A stretch of DNA of 64,000 nucleotides from a virus (taxonomy: Duplodnaviria; Caudoviricetes), in the IMG/VR virus record IMGVR_UViG_3300034062_005626. The stretch is one strand, 5' to 3'. The notes under the pieces are model-generated. The model was not told where the DNA came from and searched no databases. It saw nothing but the letters and a program-made list of their open reading frames with translations. This document shows, piece by piece, positions 1 to 10,027 of the stretch. Positions within the stretch are counted from its first letter, which is position 1; every line of letters begins with the position of its first letter. Made by a program: the position numbers and the translations under genes.

Positions 1-3000
1 TTTTGTACCTATGCCATATACTTCCATATTTTAAAACCCACGCATATGGTAATCGGTGAATTGATGAAAACTTGTTAAAGGTTGACGCCAAATAATCTAA
101 ATCTGTTGCCACGGAACTTGTGTCATCAAAACTTTTAATTTTTTCTCTTGTTGTAATTAAAGGTAATGAATTTAAATATAAATAACCTAATGCAGCGTAA
201 GGGTCTGAAACGTTTGTTTTTTGATTTTCAACTCCTTGAACTAAAGCATTAACAAAATATGGAGTATTCAATAATGATGTTGTTTGTATTTTTGTTGCTA
301 CTTGACCACTATATTCATTCCCATAATCAAAAATACTTTCGGTAAAATATAAGTCTTTTTCTTTTCTTGTTGAATAAAAATTACTCAAAGAAGTTTGTGA
401 GTTTACTGGTACACTTGTATTCAAGTTTGTCATGAAAGGTTGTGTAAAATTTTTAAACTCATACTTAGAAACAAAAACATTGATATTTTTAGTGTTTTCT
501 GTTTCGTTTACCCTCGCTATTGTTTTTTTCTCATCTAAATAAACATAACTTGATGTTTTATTAAAATCGTTTATTGATGAAATACTATCACCTCCTTGTA
601 AATTTGACTTTAACCAATTAACATTTGTTATTGGGTAGTTGTCTAAAAAATAAGTGTCGGTGGCTGGCATACCGTTTATAAAATTTTTAATTGAGTCAGG
701 TAATGGTACATTCCCGTCTATGGCAATTGATGAATTAGATAATGTGTCAATACTATAAACCTCATTATAAACATCAACGTTTTGTGTTCCATCATTTAAT
801 TCTAATAAATTTTTTATGTACTCTGTGGTAAAAACTGAGTCAGAATAAAGTGTCCATCTTGTACCAGTACCATTATTTGAAATTTTTCTTAATGTTTGTA
901 AAAAATTGACGTAGGTGAATGAAAATTCTTTTAAAATTTTAGTGAGTGCCAAATTACTTTGTACTGTTTGTTTTATATTTTCAGCCTCTAAATTTCCCAA
1001 GAAAACAGGTATTTGTTCTTGGTTATATCCATTTCTATTTAATTTAGCATAATACGCACCTAAATAACTTCTTTCAAAAATTTCATATAAATAACTTTGT
1101 TCTTGAGTATTAACGTATGGTGTTGTTTTGAATGGAAATTCTACTGCATTTATAGATAAAACTTTACTTAACGATGCGGGATTATTATATACATTTGCAG
1201 ATTTTGGTGTTGTTTTTTGTGCTATTGCATTAATGTATTCCTCAGTAAACGCAACTTCGGGCCATACAACACTATCGAATCCTTTTGTGGTGTTTATAAC
1301 TGAACTGTCACCAGGGTATTTTATAACGTATAACTCTGAACCATCTTTTTGGGCTTCTTTTAAAAAATATTGTGGCCAAGGATAAACAACATTTAAATCG
1401 TTAAGTTGATTTGTACCGTTTACCAAATTTTTAGAATCTACTCCAAAATTTTTTGATGCCGGTATAATTGATTCTAACCTTATTGGGTTTGTTCTTTGAT
1501 TCCATGCGCTTGTGTGGGTGTCTTCCATAAGTCTATAAAACCCATCTAATCCGGCAAATAAAACTGCCATAACGTTTCTTATAGTAGGTAAAAATCCTAA
1601 AACATTTGGTCCGTTTACTACTTGGTCACTTAAAAACTGAGTGAGAGATTTTTCTATTTCTACATTTTTTTTATTTAACTCATCATTAATTTTTTGAATC
1701 TTATCTAAAAAACTATTTGCAATATAATTGTTGGAACTTCCAACTTTATCACCAAATTTGTAATATTGGGGAAAATCATTAACCACAGTGTTGGTTAATG
1801 TGTCAAGTAAAAAATTTGGATTAAGACTTTTAAAGTCGGCAATAGATTTATTTAACTGATTGTCTGTTGGATTAGTTCCAAAATTAACAACATATGTTTC
1901 TCTAAAATCCGCGTCGGTTAATGTGTTATAATCTATCTCTTCAAAAATATCATTAATTGAAAATTTAATCGGTATTTCACCAGGTATATTTCCCTTATCA
2001 GGTAATTTATACTGTCCTCCCGTTCCAAAACTTTTGTTATTTTTTAATAAAGTAACATAGTTGTTTATTGCAGTTTCAACACGTTGTTTATATTTTGCTC
2101 TATCTGCAAATGAAATGTTTTCTAAATATGGGTAATAAATTTGTCCTTTGTATAATTTTTCTGATGTATCTAAAAAGTCAGTTATTGAATTGGCGTAGAC
2201 TTCGTTTCTTAATTTATTTAAGTTTGTCTGAAAATCAGCAACATCATTCATTACTGTAAAATCTGCCTTTTTTAATGCGTCCGCTAATGCTGTAGGTAGG
2301 TTTTCTATTCGGGCAATAAATTCCTCTAAAGTTATTTCAGGAAAATCTGGAGTAATTAATCCCTTACTTTTATAAATAGAATAAGCTTCTCTCATTTTTT
2401 GTAACCCTACTGATTCAACAACGGTGGTTGAGTTGTTTGTATTTACACCATTATTTGAAGAGTTTGAAGTACTTTGAGTAACCACAGTTTCTGTTTGAAA
2501 CATTTTTGGTGAGTTTCTAGCATATCCTATTATACTATCAGCAAGTATCGCACTGTTTCTACTTAAAAGTTTAAGAGTAATTTTAAAATTACCACTTGAC
2601 GCTTCGAAACTCGCATTGAAATCCGTTAAACTTAATTGGTACCTAATTGCCTTCCCATAATATCCTTTTAAGGTTAAAAAAAACGGAGGATATGGTAAGT
2701 TAAAAAAAACAGAATATAATGAATTATCTCCTTGTTCAAATAAAGCTCGACCTCTAATGTCTTCCATTTGTATTGTTACATTTGTCACATTAGCTGGTGT
2801 TACGTCAACAGTTATTTCTGTAATACCTAAAGTTTGAGTATCTTCATAGTTTAAAACTTTTTGTTTAAAAACAGCATTTCCATCTTGATTAATTTGATAT
2901 TCGGAGTTTTGATTAATTCCTTGACCTTGTCTAACGCCTCTACCTGTAAATTCATCCGACCAACTTGTATCAAATGCTTTTTTACCTTTGGGTCTTAAAA

Positions 3001-3292
3001 AATTAAGTTTCAAATCTTCAGGGAAAGTAGATAAGGATGCAATTTGTGAATTATAAACAGGATTATCAAAACTATCACCAATTGCTAATTTTGTTCTTGG
3101 TATAATTTGTGTTTCTAAATTTGCGTAAAAAACAAGATTTTCTTGTTGAACGTATCTATCTTTAACGTTGTTGTCTGCATCAACAACTTTGTTAGGGTCA
3201 ATTAAAATAATATTATCGTAGTCGGCTTCGACTAGAATTTTATTTTCTTTGTTATATATCTGTCTGAATTTTGTTGGGTCATTAACGGCCAT
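1..3292 (-). CDS. Large virion/baseplate hub-like protein, partial (3' end runs off the window; >1090 aa)
   Basis: Not in the ORF track, consistent with no stop inside the window. ATG at 3292 gives MAVNDPTKFRQIYNKENKILVEADYDNIILIDPNKVV...; the same frame at the window edge reads ...IHRLPYAWVLKYGSIWHRYK. Contains GITEITVDVTP...MEDIRGRALFE...LTLKGYYGKAIRYQL, a hub-like beta-rich region. Lies directly downstream of baseplate genes. Confidence 0.6.
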   Translation of the reverse strand, partial: MAVNDPTKFRQIYNKENKILVEADYDNIILIDPNKVVDADNNVKDRYVQQENLVFYANLETQIIPRTKLAIGDSFDNPVYNSQIASLSTFPEDLKLNFLRPKGKKAFDTSWSDEFTGRGVRQGQGINQNSEYQINQDGNAVFKQKVLNYEDTQTLGITEITVDVTPANVTNVTIQMEDIRGRALFEQGDNSLYSVFFNLPYPPFFLTLKGYYGKAIRYQLSLTDFNASFEASSGNFKITLKLLSRNSAILADSIIGYARNSPKMFQTETVVTQSTSNSSNNGVNTNNSTTVVESVGLQKMREAYSIYKSKGLITPDFPEITLEEFIARIENLPTALADALKKADFTVMNDVADFQTNLNKLRNEVYANSITDFLDTSEKLYKGQIYYPYLENISFADRAKYKQRVETAINNYVTLLKNNKSFGTGGQYKLPDKGNIPGEIPIKFSINDIFEEIDYNTLTDADFRETYVVNFGTNPTDNQLNKSIADFKSLNPNFLLDTLTNTVVNDFPQYYKFGDKVGSSNNYIANSFLDKIQKINDELNKKNVEIEKSLTQFLSDQVVNGPNVLGFLPTIRNVMAVLFAGLDGFYRLMEDTHTSAWNQRTNPIRLESIIPASKNFGVDSKNLVNGTNQLNDLNVVYPWPQYFLKEAQKDGSELYVIKYPGDSSVINTTKGFDSVVWPEVAFTEEYINAIAQKTTPKSANVYNNPASLSKVLSINAVEFPFKTTPYVNTQEQSYLYEIFERSYLGAYYAKLNRNGYNQEQIPVFLGNLEAENIKQTVQSNLALTKILKEFSFTYVNFLQTLRKISNNGTGTRWTLYSDSVFTTEYIKNLLELNDGTQNVDVYNEVYSIDTLSNSSIAIDGNVPLPDSIKNFINGMPATDTYFLDNYPITNVNWLKSNLQGGDSISSINDFNKTSSYVYLDEKKTIARVNETENTKNINVFVSKYEFKNFTQPFMTNLNTSVPVNSQTSLSNFYSTRKEKDLYFTESIFDYGNEYSGQVATKIQTTSLLNTPYFVNALVQGVENQKTNVSDPYAALGYLYLNSLPLITTREKIKSFDDTSSVATDLDYLASTFNKFSSIHRLPYAWVLKYGSIWHRYK

Positions 3293-3599
3293 AATAAAAA
3301 ATATGTGTATCTAATGCACTTTTGTAGCCTTGTAGAGCACTTATTAATGGGAATGGTATTATTAATACCGCACCGTCAGGAATATTTGTTTCTAAACCAC
3401 CATATATTGGATTTGCAGTTAATATTAACCAACCAAAATATGGTGTTCCATATTTTTCATAACTTATTTTATCTAATCTACTTTTATTTTTTGTGTAAAT
3501 GTATCTTTGGTCTGACGCTCTGACGGGTAGATTAACAAATGGAACTACCGTCTGTTGACCGTTAATTAAAAAATTTTGGTATCTGTTGTAGTATTGCAT
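3282..3599 (-). CDS. LysM-like baseplate wedge protein (T4 gp53/P2 gpX-like)
   Basis: RLDKISYEKYGTPYFGWLILTANP...IPDGAVLIIP matches the LysM-fold pattern of baseplate wedge proteins; sits in a baseplate operon. Confidence 0.65.
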   Translation of the reverse strand: MQYYNRYQNFLINGQQTVVPFVNLPVRASDQRYIYTKNKSRLDKISYEKYGTPYFGWLILTANPIYGGLETNIPDGAVLIIPFPLISALQGYKSALDTHIFYYGR

Positions 3600-3600
3600 A

Positions 3601-6600
3601 TTAGTCGAATGAAACTTTTAAGTTATATTCATCACCTGTAGAATTAGTTGATGCGTTTAGGGCTTTCATGTTGTCAATTTCTGTTTGTGCTGGAAATAAT
3701 ACTTGAGAAAAATTTAGTTTTCTTTCCTTATCTTTATTTAAATTATAACTACATGTTGAACAAAATTCTTTACTTAAAAAATTATCTTCGAAACTTTTAA
3801 ATCTTGCATCAACAAAAGCTTTTGAATCTTTATATTTTGCGTAAGGTCCTGTTGGTATTTCTTGTCCCGTATTTGTAAAACCTAAATTACCTTTAAGATA
3901 ATTAAACCAGTCGGTTTTTCTTTCATTGTTTGAAATTGTATCGACGACTTCATTTAAAAATTTGGTATAGTCATCAATAATTTCTTTACCGAATATCATA
4001 AAAAATCTATTTTCTTCAGGACTTATCGCATCTGGGTCCGAATCTATAAAGGTATTGAAATCAAACTCATCGTTATATACTTCATCTTGAGCGGTTGGAA
4101 TCAGACTATATGTTTCTAAGTTGTTATTAAATGTGCTCATTTTGGTTCCAACAATTAATAAGTCTCCTTTTAACTCATCCAAAGTATTTGCGTATGTCGT
4201 ATTAGATGGGTCAACCGCAGAAGTACCTGTCAAAGAAAAAACAATTACTTCATTTTTATCGTTAGAATAACCATCGAAAGAATTACACACATAATTTAAT
4301 TGGTCTAATAAATCAATTGTTTTAGTTTCATCAACTTGATTTTTTACAATGTTGTTAGACGCCTCAGTTATAATAGACAGGTAAGTTGACTGTCGACTAT
4401 CTATCATATCTTTAAGTTTTCTTTTAATTTTTCTTGTCGATATATTTGTAAAATTCTGTAGAGGTAAACTAGCCAATATCGGGCTTGTTTCATTTTCTAC
4501 ATCTTCTTTTGCTTTAGAAAACAACGCATCAACTTTATTTTCATACTGACTTTTTCCAAATATTTTTACTAAGTTAGTTTGTGGTTGATTGATGTTATTA
4601 AAATATCCCGTTTGGTATTTTCTATCTTTTGTAAAAATTAAAATTCCTCCAATCAATAACTTATCATTTATATTTTTTAAATTTTGAAAAACACTATTTG
4701 CATATTCTTTGGTTATGTCTATAAAATTTTTCATATTTTCTTTATATGATAAAACACCTGTAAATCCACTTAATGTTGTATCATATTTAGATGATTCTTG
4801 TTTTCCAATTGTAGTTCCAATTTTATTTTGTTGGTTTTGCTGTGGTCTTGTCAATGGGTTTATTTTCAAAGCTTCAAAATATTCTGCATCATACTGTGAT
4901 GTTACATCTTCGGTTATTGTCGCCCTTTCATCATACATTTCAGTATTTGCATAATAATTAAATGAAAGGGCGTTTTGAAGTTCGGCTATCGGACCCGCCA
5001 ATCCATGACCACCTATCATTTTAAATCCTAATGTTATGCTTGCAAACATAGGTTGAACGCCTATTCCTTCAGGATTCAAATCTAACGGTATATTTGAATT
5101 AAGTTCATATTTTATATCTAACCTATCAGGTATTATTTTAGTGTGGAAAAAATCACCAATCCTTAATACCAAAACAGGTGGTGCACCAAATGCACTGTTA
5201 AAGGCGTCGTTATAATCTAAACTATATGTTCCTGCCGCATTTTGTGAAACAGTTGGAATTGTATCTCCTGGTCTTACACATTGTTGTAAAAATGTTAATC
5301 TTGAGTTTAGACCTTCAGGAGTAATAGAGTGGAAAACAGGATTAAAATACTGAAACTTACTTCTAATTGTGTCATAAATAAATGGATTTGTCTCTTTAAC
5401 CATTTGAAAATAATTACACTCTGTAAGTAACCTTCTTAATATTTTTTTCGCCAAATCTTTATATTGTGGTGTTTGTTTAAAGTTGTCAATTACTTGGTTT
5501 TGTGGTGTTGGTTTCGGTGCTGTACTTTCAGCAGCGGTAGGATTTGGAGCAGCAGACTCTACTTGTGAAGGTGGTGTTTCTGATTTTGCGGGTGGTCCTG
5601 GTTTATATACAATTTTTTCAATTTTTACTCTTCTACATGCCATTGCCTGTACAGAATAAATTCCTTCTTCGTATTGTGATTTAAATGGTTTGGTACAATC
5701 AATTTGTGAATATTTAGGGTCTTGAATTGCAGCACTTGAGCCCGTCGCTTTAGCATTTATTTTTAGTTTTCCTGAATCTATAAATGATTTTAAAGTTTTA
5801 TTATTTACTGTAAACTTTTCAATAAACTTTAAAACCGCATCGTTTCTTCTTTCAGACAAATTTTGATTACCACTGGTATTTGTTGAGCTGGCAGTTGCCA
5901 ATAAGTCAAAAGTGACTTCTCCACCTGAGTCTAAAACTTTAAATACTTCACTTAAAAACTCTTTTAAATCATTAAACTCTTGTAATATATTATCAAAAAA
6001 TCCACTAAGGGTTTGTTTTCTTGTGTCAACATATTCGGTTAATGAAAAAGTAGGAGTTGTTGTTGTGTTAAGAGCCACTTTATTTGCGTCACTATATTTA
6101 AAAACTTTATTAAGTGGTTTTGTTGTGTCATATAATGTTTTATTTGACACATATTCATTATACCAATATTCAAAATCTTTACTTGTTGTTGAACTACTTG
6201 AATCGTTAGGTTGGGCGTTTTCAAAAAACAAAAATATTTCTTGAAACTTTGGGTCTGAAATTTTTGTTTCAGTTTCTGGTGGTGTTGTTTTTACAATTTC
6301 TTCTTTTACAGGTTCGGGGTCAGGTGTTTCTTTTACTATGGTTGTTGCTTGTTCAGGATATTTTATTAGTTGAATAGCGGTTTGAATATCCTGTGGGGCT
6401 AAAGATGCGAATCTTTGACCTAATGTATAAATGTCATATTTTAAACACCCTGCAAAAAATGAATCCATAACTTTTTTCAATTCTGACTCAGGTTTTATAT
6501 CTTTCAACTCTTGGTCCACTAAAATGTTTGAGATAGAGGGATGGTCAACTATAATGTCAAAAGATAATGACCCATTTCTTTCAGTACTATTATATGTGTA

Positions 6601-9600
6601 TATGGGTTCTGGTCTACCTATGAAATTTGTATTACTGAAGTCGGGTCTTGTGTCTTCACTAAATGTCAAGTTATATGGAGGAAACCACATAATTCTACCA
6701 CCATTGGGTCCTCTTTCACAAGCCGGTAAATCTTGTACGGTAAAACCAGGTTTGTTTGATGTTCTCCAAGCCAAATTTTCTAACGAAAGCATATATTTTT
6801 TAACCTGACCATTAATAATATTTGACGATTGTCCGTTTTTATCATTGAATGGTACAATATTAAGGTTATATGTATTATCTAAAACTGAATAGGTATAATT
6901 TCTAATATTACCATCCGTTTTTTGTAGTTGTGAATAATTTGTAAAAGGAACATCTTTTGTAAATAATCTACAATATTCATATCCTTTTATTGTACTGTCT
7001 GTACTACCTACTGAGTTTTTTGAAGTATATCTAATAACTCGAGAACCTTTTGTCATTTCAACATATCCATCATTAAAAACTTTAGATATTTGATTTATCG
7101 CAGTACCAACGTGTTCTAATTTTTTAATTCCTGACCTGTCTGCAGAATCAACAATTTTTTGAGTTGTGTCTAAAATTGAACCGTCTCTCCATACATTGTT
7201 TTCTTCTATTTTCCAAGACTCAGTATCTTTGAACGCTGACTCATAATTTTTTGTAAATACGCTACTTTCACCAAATCTTTGTTTTCCTTCAGGACCTGCT
7301 AATTGTCCTGTTTTAAAATATGATTTTTTAGAAGACCATGTGAATCCACCAGCTAAAGGTGTTGTACCATCTATATAATTTCTAGTGTTGAGACCAAATT
7401 TATAATTTTGAAACGCTTCACCTTCAAAATACTTTCCTATTTCACCCACTGAGTAAACAGGTGCACCACTAGGTTCTCCGTTCCTGTCTAGGGGTTGAGC
7501 ATTAACTGGAGATATTAAAGTAGAAAATATATCATCAGAATTACCACCACCATAAAATTCAGGGGATGGGGCAAATAAAGAAGGTCTTCTTAAAGTTAGA
7601 CCTCTATAATCAGGTCTATATAAATTATAAAACAATTGCCCAAACAATAGACTTCTTGTTGCGTTAGATGTGTTGGCTAAAAAAAGTTCAGACCCTCTTT
7701 TGTTTTTTTGACCTGTTATTGTTCTAATTGCTCCCATAACAGTACTTGTCACAACTTCAACTGGGTTTTCAACAAGTCTATTTAACATACGTTTATTTGG
7801 GTAGTCAAAATATTCTCCAACTATAATGGAATACGGTGAATATAATCCTGCTATTTTAGCTGTAAAATTCAACGCTCTTCCAACTAATGATTCAGGTGAT
7901 GTAATTGTATAATTTCTAGCTAATAACGGAATATTTCCTGATATTATTCCCGCTGCGTCAAATGGGTTAAGGTTTGGTTTTACTGATATTTCACCACTAT
8001 CGGGGTCAACCGATGAGTCAAGAGCATTAACTCTACCTAAAGTTTGAGACAACAACTCACTTGCAATTCTATACTTATATTCTTTTTTTAATTGTCTTGC
8101 ACCAATTCCCGCTAATGCGGAATCCTGTGACAAAGTACCATCAGAACCTCTTGGGTTGTCGCTTAATAATATATTAATAGGTCTATAGGTTGAAGGTATA
8201 AAATTTAAAGGTGTTAATGAATATGCATATGCACTTCCATAACTTGTTGGTATAATTTCATCAATTGTTATTACATCATAGTCTCCATCACCTGTTACAT
8301 ATTTATTTCTAACATATGCCTCTTGTTCTTTTTGAAATCCAATAACTTCTAATCCACTACCTTTAGTATCGGGAAAACCATATTCACCTTCATTTGACAA
8401 TTTACCCAAATTTACATTGATGTCTACTGAATCTGTTGGTTGATTTTCAGGGTTATATTGATTTACACTAAATAAAAAAGGTCTTTCATTTTCACCTTTA
8501 ATTTCTAATTCACTGTCCAGTGTGTCAGGAAAACCATAATTACCTTCGTTGGCGTTTGTTTGTAAATTTAAATTTGGAACTACAGTAGTTTGAGATTGTC
8601 CTTGTTCAGGTCCATATTGATTTATGGCAAATAATATGGGTCTATCGGTTTCACCTTTAATTTCTAACTCACTATTAATTGTGTCTGTAAAGTCATATTC
8701 TTTTTCGTTAGATTTTGTTTGCTTATTAATAAATGGGAATACAGTATCTAAAAAACCACCACCAGGACCATATTGGTTTAATGGGTATAAGGTATTTCTA
8801 TTTTGTTCACCATCTTGTTCTAATTCGCTATTTATCGTATCAGGGAAACCATATTCACCTTCATTTGAACCCAAAGATAATATGTTATTAATTGAATATT
8901 TTGTCGCTCCGTACCCAGGGGTAGACGCGTCAGGTGTATATTTATTTAAAACTCTTAAAATAACTTCCCTATCATTACCGTTTGTTTCTAATCTATTGTT
9001 TACAGTATCAGAAATATTGTACTCTCCCGCACCTACAGTTTGAATAACTTGGTTATTTTGAATACTATAAACAGGTGTTCCAAAACCATTATTACTAGTA
9101 TTTTTATAAACGTTTAATACTTTTAACGCAATTTCTTGTTGATTACCAATAGAATTTAAAAAACTGTTGATTGTATCGGCGATAGTATATTCACCTTGTC
9201 CATTTGTTACAAAAGGTTTTAAATCATTAATTGAATAAACAGGCGTACCAAAACCATTAATTGCAGAATTTTTATACGCATTTCTTACTTTAGATAAAAT
9301 TTCTTGTTGGTTTCCTATACTATCTAAAAAACTATTTATTGTATCCGAAATACTATATTCACCCTCTCCTCTTGATTGAATTGTTTGATTATTATTAATG
9401 TACCATACAGTATCACCAAAACCACGGTCATTTGTGTTAAGTGGTTTATAAAGGTTTGTTACAATTAATTCTTTTTCTTTTGTATCACCAATTTTTTCTA
9501 AATCACTTCCAACAGTTAAAGGGTAACCATATTTACCTTTATTTGTTTCTGTTTGTAAATTTTTGTTAATTTCTATGGTATTACCATATGATGTTTCAAA

Positions 9601-9990
9601 TTCTGTTGGCCCGTAAATGTTATTAACATACAATAATTTTTCTTGTCCGTCTCCAATTTTTTCTAATTTAGAGTTAATGGAGTTTTTAAAACCATATAAA
9701 CCAAAATTAGTTTCAACATTAAGATTAACGTTAATATTGACCATATCTCCGTAGGTGGAGTTACTATTATCAGGGCCATATTTATTTTGTTTATATAAAT
9801 CTTTTTCCTGTATGTCACCAATTTTAGAAATTTCTTCAGAGTCTTTTACTGAATAATCTACAATTTGAAATTCTTTATTTTGAAAAGATTCTCCAAAAGA
9901 TGTGCCGTCAACACGATATGGTTTAAGATTTCGTGTTAATAATCTTTTTCTAAAGTTTTCAGAAGAGTTAAATGAAAGTGGACTATCCAT
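3601..9990 (-). CDS. Giant multidomain baseplate/tail protein (2129 aa): N-terminal repeats, two tube-initiator-like domains, OmpA-like domain
   Basis: ~45-50 aa repeats GxYxxxDTxNSxLExxG; GRIMWFPPYNLTFSE...FIGRPEPIYTY...SLSFDIIVDHP (gp48/gp54 tube-like); NQNLSERRNDAV...ATGS...CRRVKI (OmpA-C-like); PPVLVLRIGDFFHTKII...PLDLNPEGIGVQPM (second tube-like domain). Confidence 0.6.
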   Translation of the reverse strand: MDSPLSFNSSENFRKRLLTRNLKPYRVDGTSFGESFQNKEFQIVDYSVKDSEEISKIGDIQEKDLYKQNKYGPDNSNSTYGDMVNINVNLNVETNFGLYGFKNSINSKLEKIGDGQEKLLYVNNIYGPTEFETSYGNTIEINKNLQTETNKGKYGYPLTVGSDLEKIGDTKEKELIVTNLYKPLNTNDRGFGDTVWYINNNQTIQSRGEGEYSISDTINSFLDSIGNQQEILSKVRNAYKNSAINGFGTPVYSINDLKPFVTNGQGEYTIADTINSFLNSIGNQQEIALKVLNVYKNTSNNGFGTPVYSIQNNQVIQTVGAGEYNISDTVNNRLETNGNDREVILRVLNKYTPDASTPGYGATKYSINNILSLGSNEGEYGFPDTINSELEQDGEQNRNTLYPLNQYGPGGGFLDTVFPFINKQTKSNEKEYDFTDTINSELEIKGETDRPILFAINQYGPEQGQSQTTVVPNLNLQTNANEGNYGFPDTLDSELEIKGENERPFLFSVNQYNPENQPTDSVDINVNLGKLSNEGEYGFPDTKGSGLEVIGFQKEQEAYVRNKYVTGDGDYDVITIDEIIPTSYGSAYAYSLTPLNFIPSTYRPINILLSDNPRGSDGTLSQDSALAGIGARQLKKEYKYRIASELLSQTLGRVNALDSSVDPDSGEISVKPNLNPFDAAGIISGNIPLLARNYTITSPESLVGRALNFTAKIAGLYSPYSIIVGEYFDYPNKRMLNRLVENPVEVVTSTVMGAIRTITGQKNKRGSELFLANTSNATRSLLFGQLFYNLYRPDYRGLTLRRPSLFAPSPEFYGGGNSDDIFSTLISPVNAQPLDRNGEPSGAPVYSVGEIGKYFEGEAFQNYKFGLNTRNYIDGTTPLAGGFTWSSKKSYFKTGQLAGPEGKQRFGESSVFTKNYESAFKDTESWKIEENNVWRDGSILDTTQKIVDSADRSGIKKLEHVGTAINQISKVFNDGYVEMTKGSRVIRYTSKNSVGSTDSTIKGYEYCRLFTKDVPFTNYSQLQKTDGNIRNYTYSVLDNTYNLNIVPFNDKNGQSSNIINGQVKKYMLSLENLAWRTSNKPGFTVQDLPACERGPNGGRIMWFPPYNLTFSEDTRPDFSNTNFIGRPEPIYTYNSTERNGSLSFDIIVDHPSISNILVDQELKDIKPESELKKVMDSFFAGCLKYDIYTLGQRFASLAPQDIQTAIQLIKYPEQATTIVKETPDPEPVKEEIVKTTPPETETKISDPKFQEIFLFFENAQPNDSSSSTTSKDFEYWYNEYVSNKTLYDTTKPLNKVFKYSDANKVALNTTTTPTFSLTEYVDTRKQTLSGFFDNILQEFNDLKEFLSEVFKVLDSGGEVTFDLLATASSTNTSGNQNLSERRNDAVLKFIEKFTVNNKTLKSFIDSGKLKINAKATGSSAAIQDPKYSQIDCTKPFKSQYEEGIYSVQAMACRRVKIEKIVYKPGPPAKSETPPSQVESAAPNPTAAESTAPKPTPQNQVIDNFKQTPQYKDLAKKILRRLLTECNYFQMVKETNPFIYDTIRSKFQYFNPVFHSITPEGLNSRLTFLQQCVRPGDTIPTVSQNAAGTYSLDYNDAFNSAFGAPPVLVLRIGDFFHTKIIPDRLDIKYELNSNIPLDLNPEGIGVQPMFASITLGFKMIGGHGLAGPIAELQNALSFNYYANTEMYDERATITEDVTSQYDAEYFEALKINPLTRPQQNQQNKIGTTIGKQESSKYDTTLSGFTGVLSYKENMKNFIDITKEYANSVFQNLKNINDKLLIGGILIFTKDRKYQTGYFNNINQPQTNLVKIFGKSQYENKVDALFSKAKEDVENETSPILASLPLQNFTNISTRKIKRKLKDMIDSRQSTYLSIITEASNNIVKNQVDETKTIDLLDQLNYVCNSFDGYSNDKNEVIVFSLTGTSAVDPSNTTYANTLDELKGDLLIVGTKMSTFNNNLETYSLIPTAQDEVYNDEFDFNTFIDSDPDAISPEENRFFMIFGKEIIDDYTKFLNEVVDTISNNERKTDWFNYLKGNLGFTNTGQEIPTGPYAKYKDSKAFVDARFKSFEDNFLSKEFCSTCSYNLNKDKERKLNFSQVLFPAQTEIDNMKALNASTNSTGDEYNLKVSFD
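8250..9870 (-). repeat. Degenerate protein-level tandem repeats (about a dozen, ~45-50 aa) at the N-terminus of the 2129-aa protein; boundaries approximate
   Basis: Recurring GEY(S/T/N/G)(I/F)(S/A/P)DT(I/V/L)(N/D)S(F/E)L(E/D)xxG...N(Q/K)YxP units in the translation. Confidence 0.7.
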
Positions 9991-10027
9991 TTATTTGTTT
10001 ATTTTATAAATAGACATTGTTTAATTT

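Noticed and set aside
1128-9043. Short plus-strand ORFs opposite the baseplate genes (e.g. 1128, 2068, 4709, 5912, 6431, 8624)
   Set aside because: Antisense shadows of long minus-strand genes, with no motifs or start context
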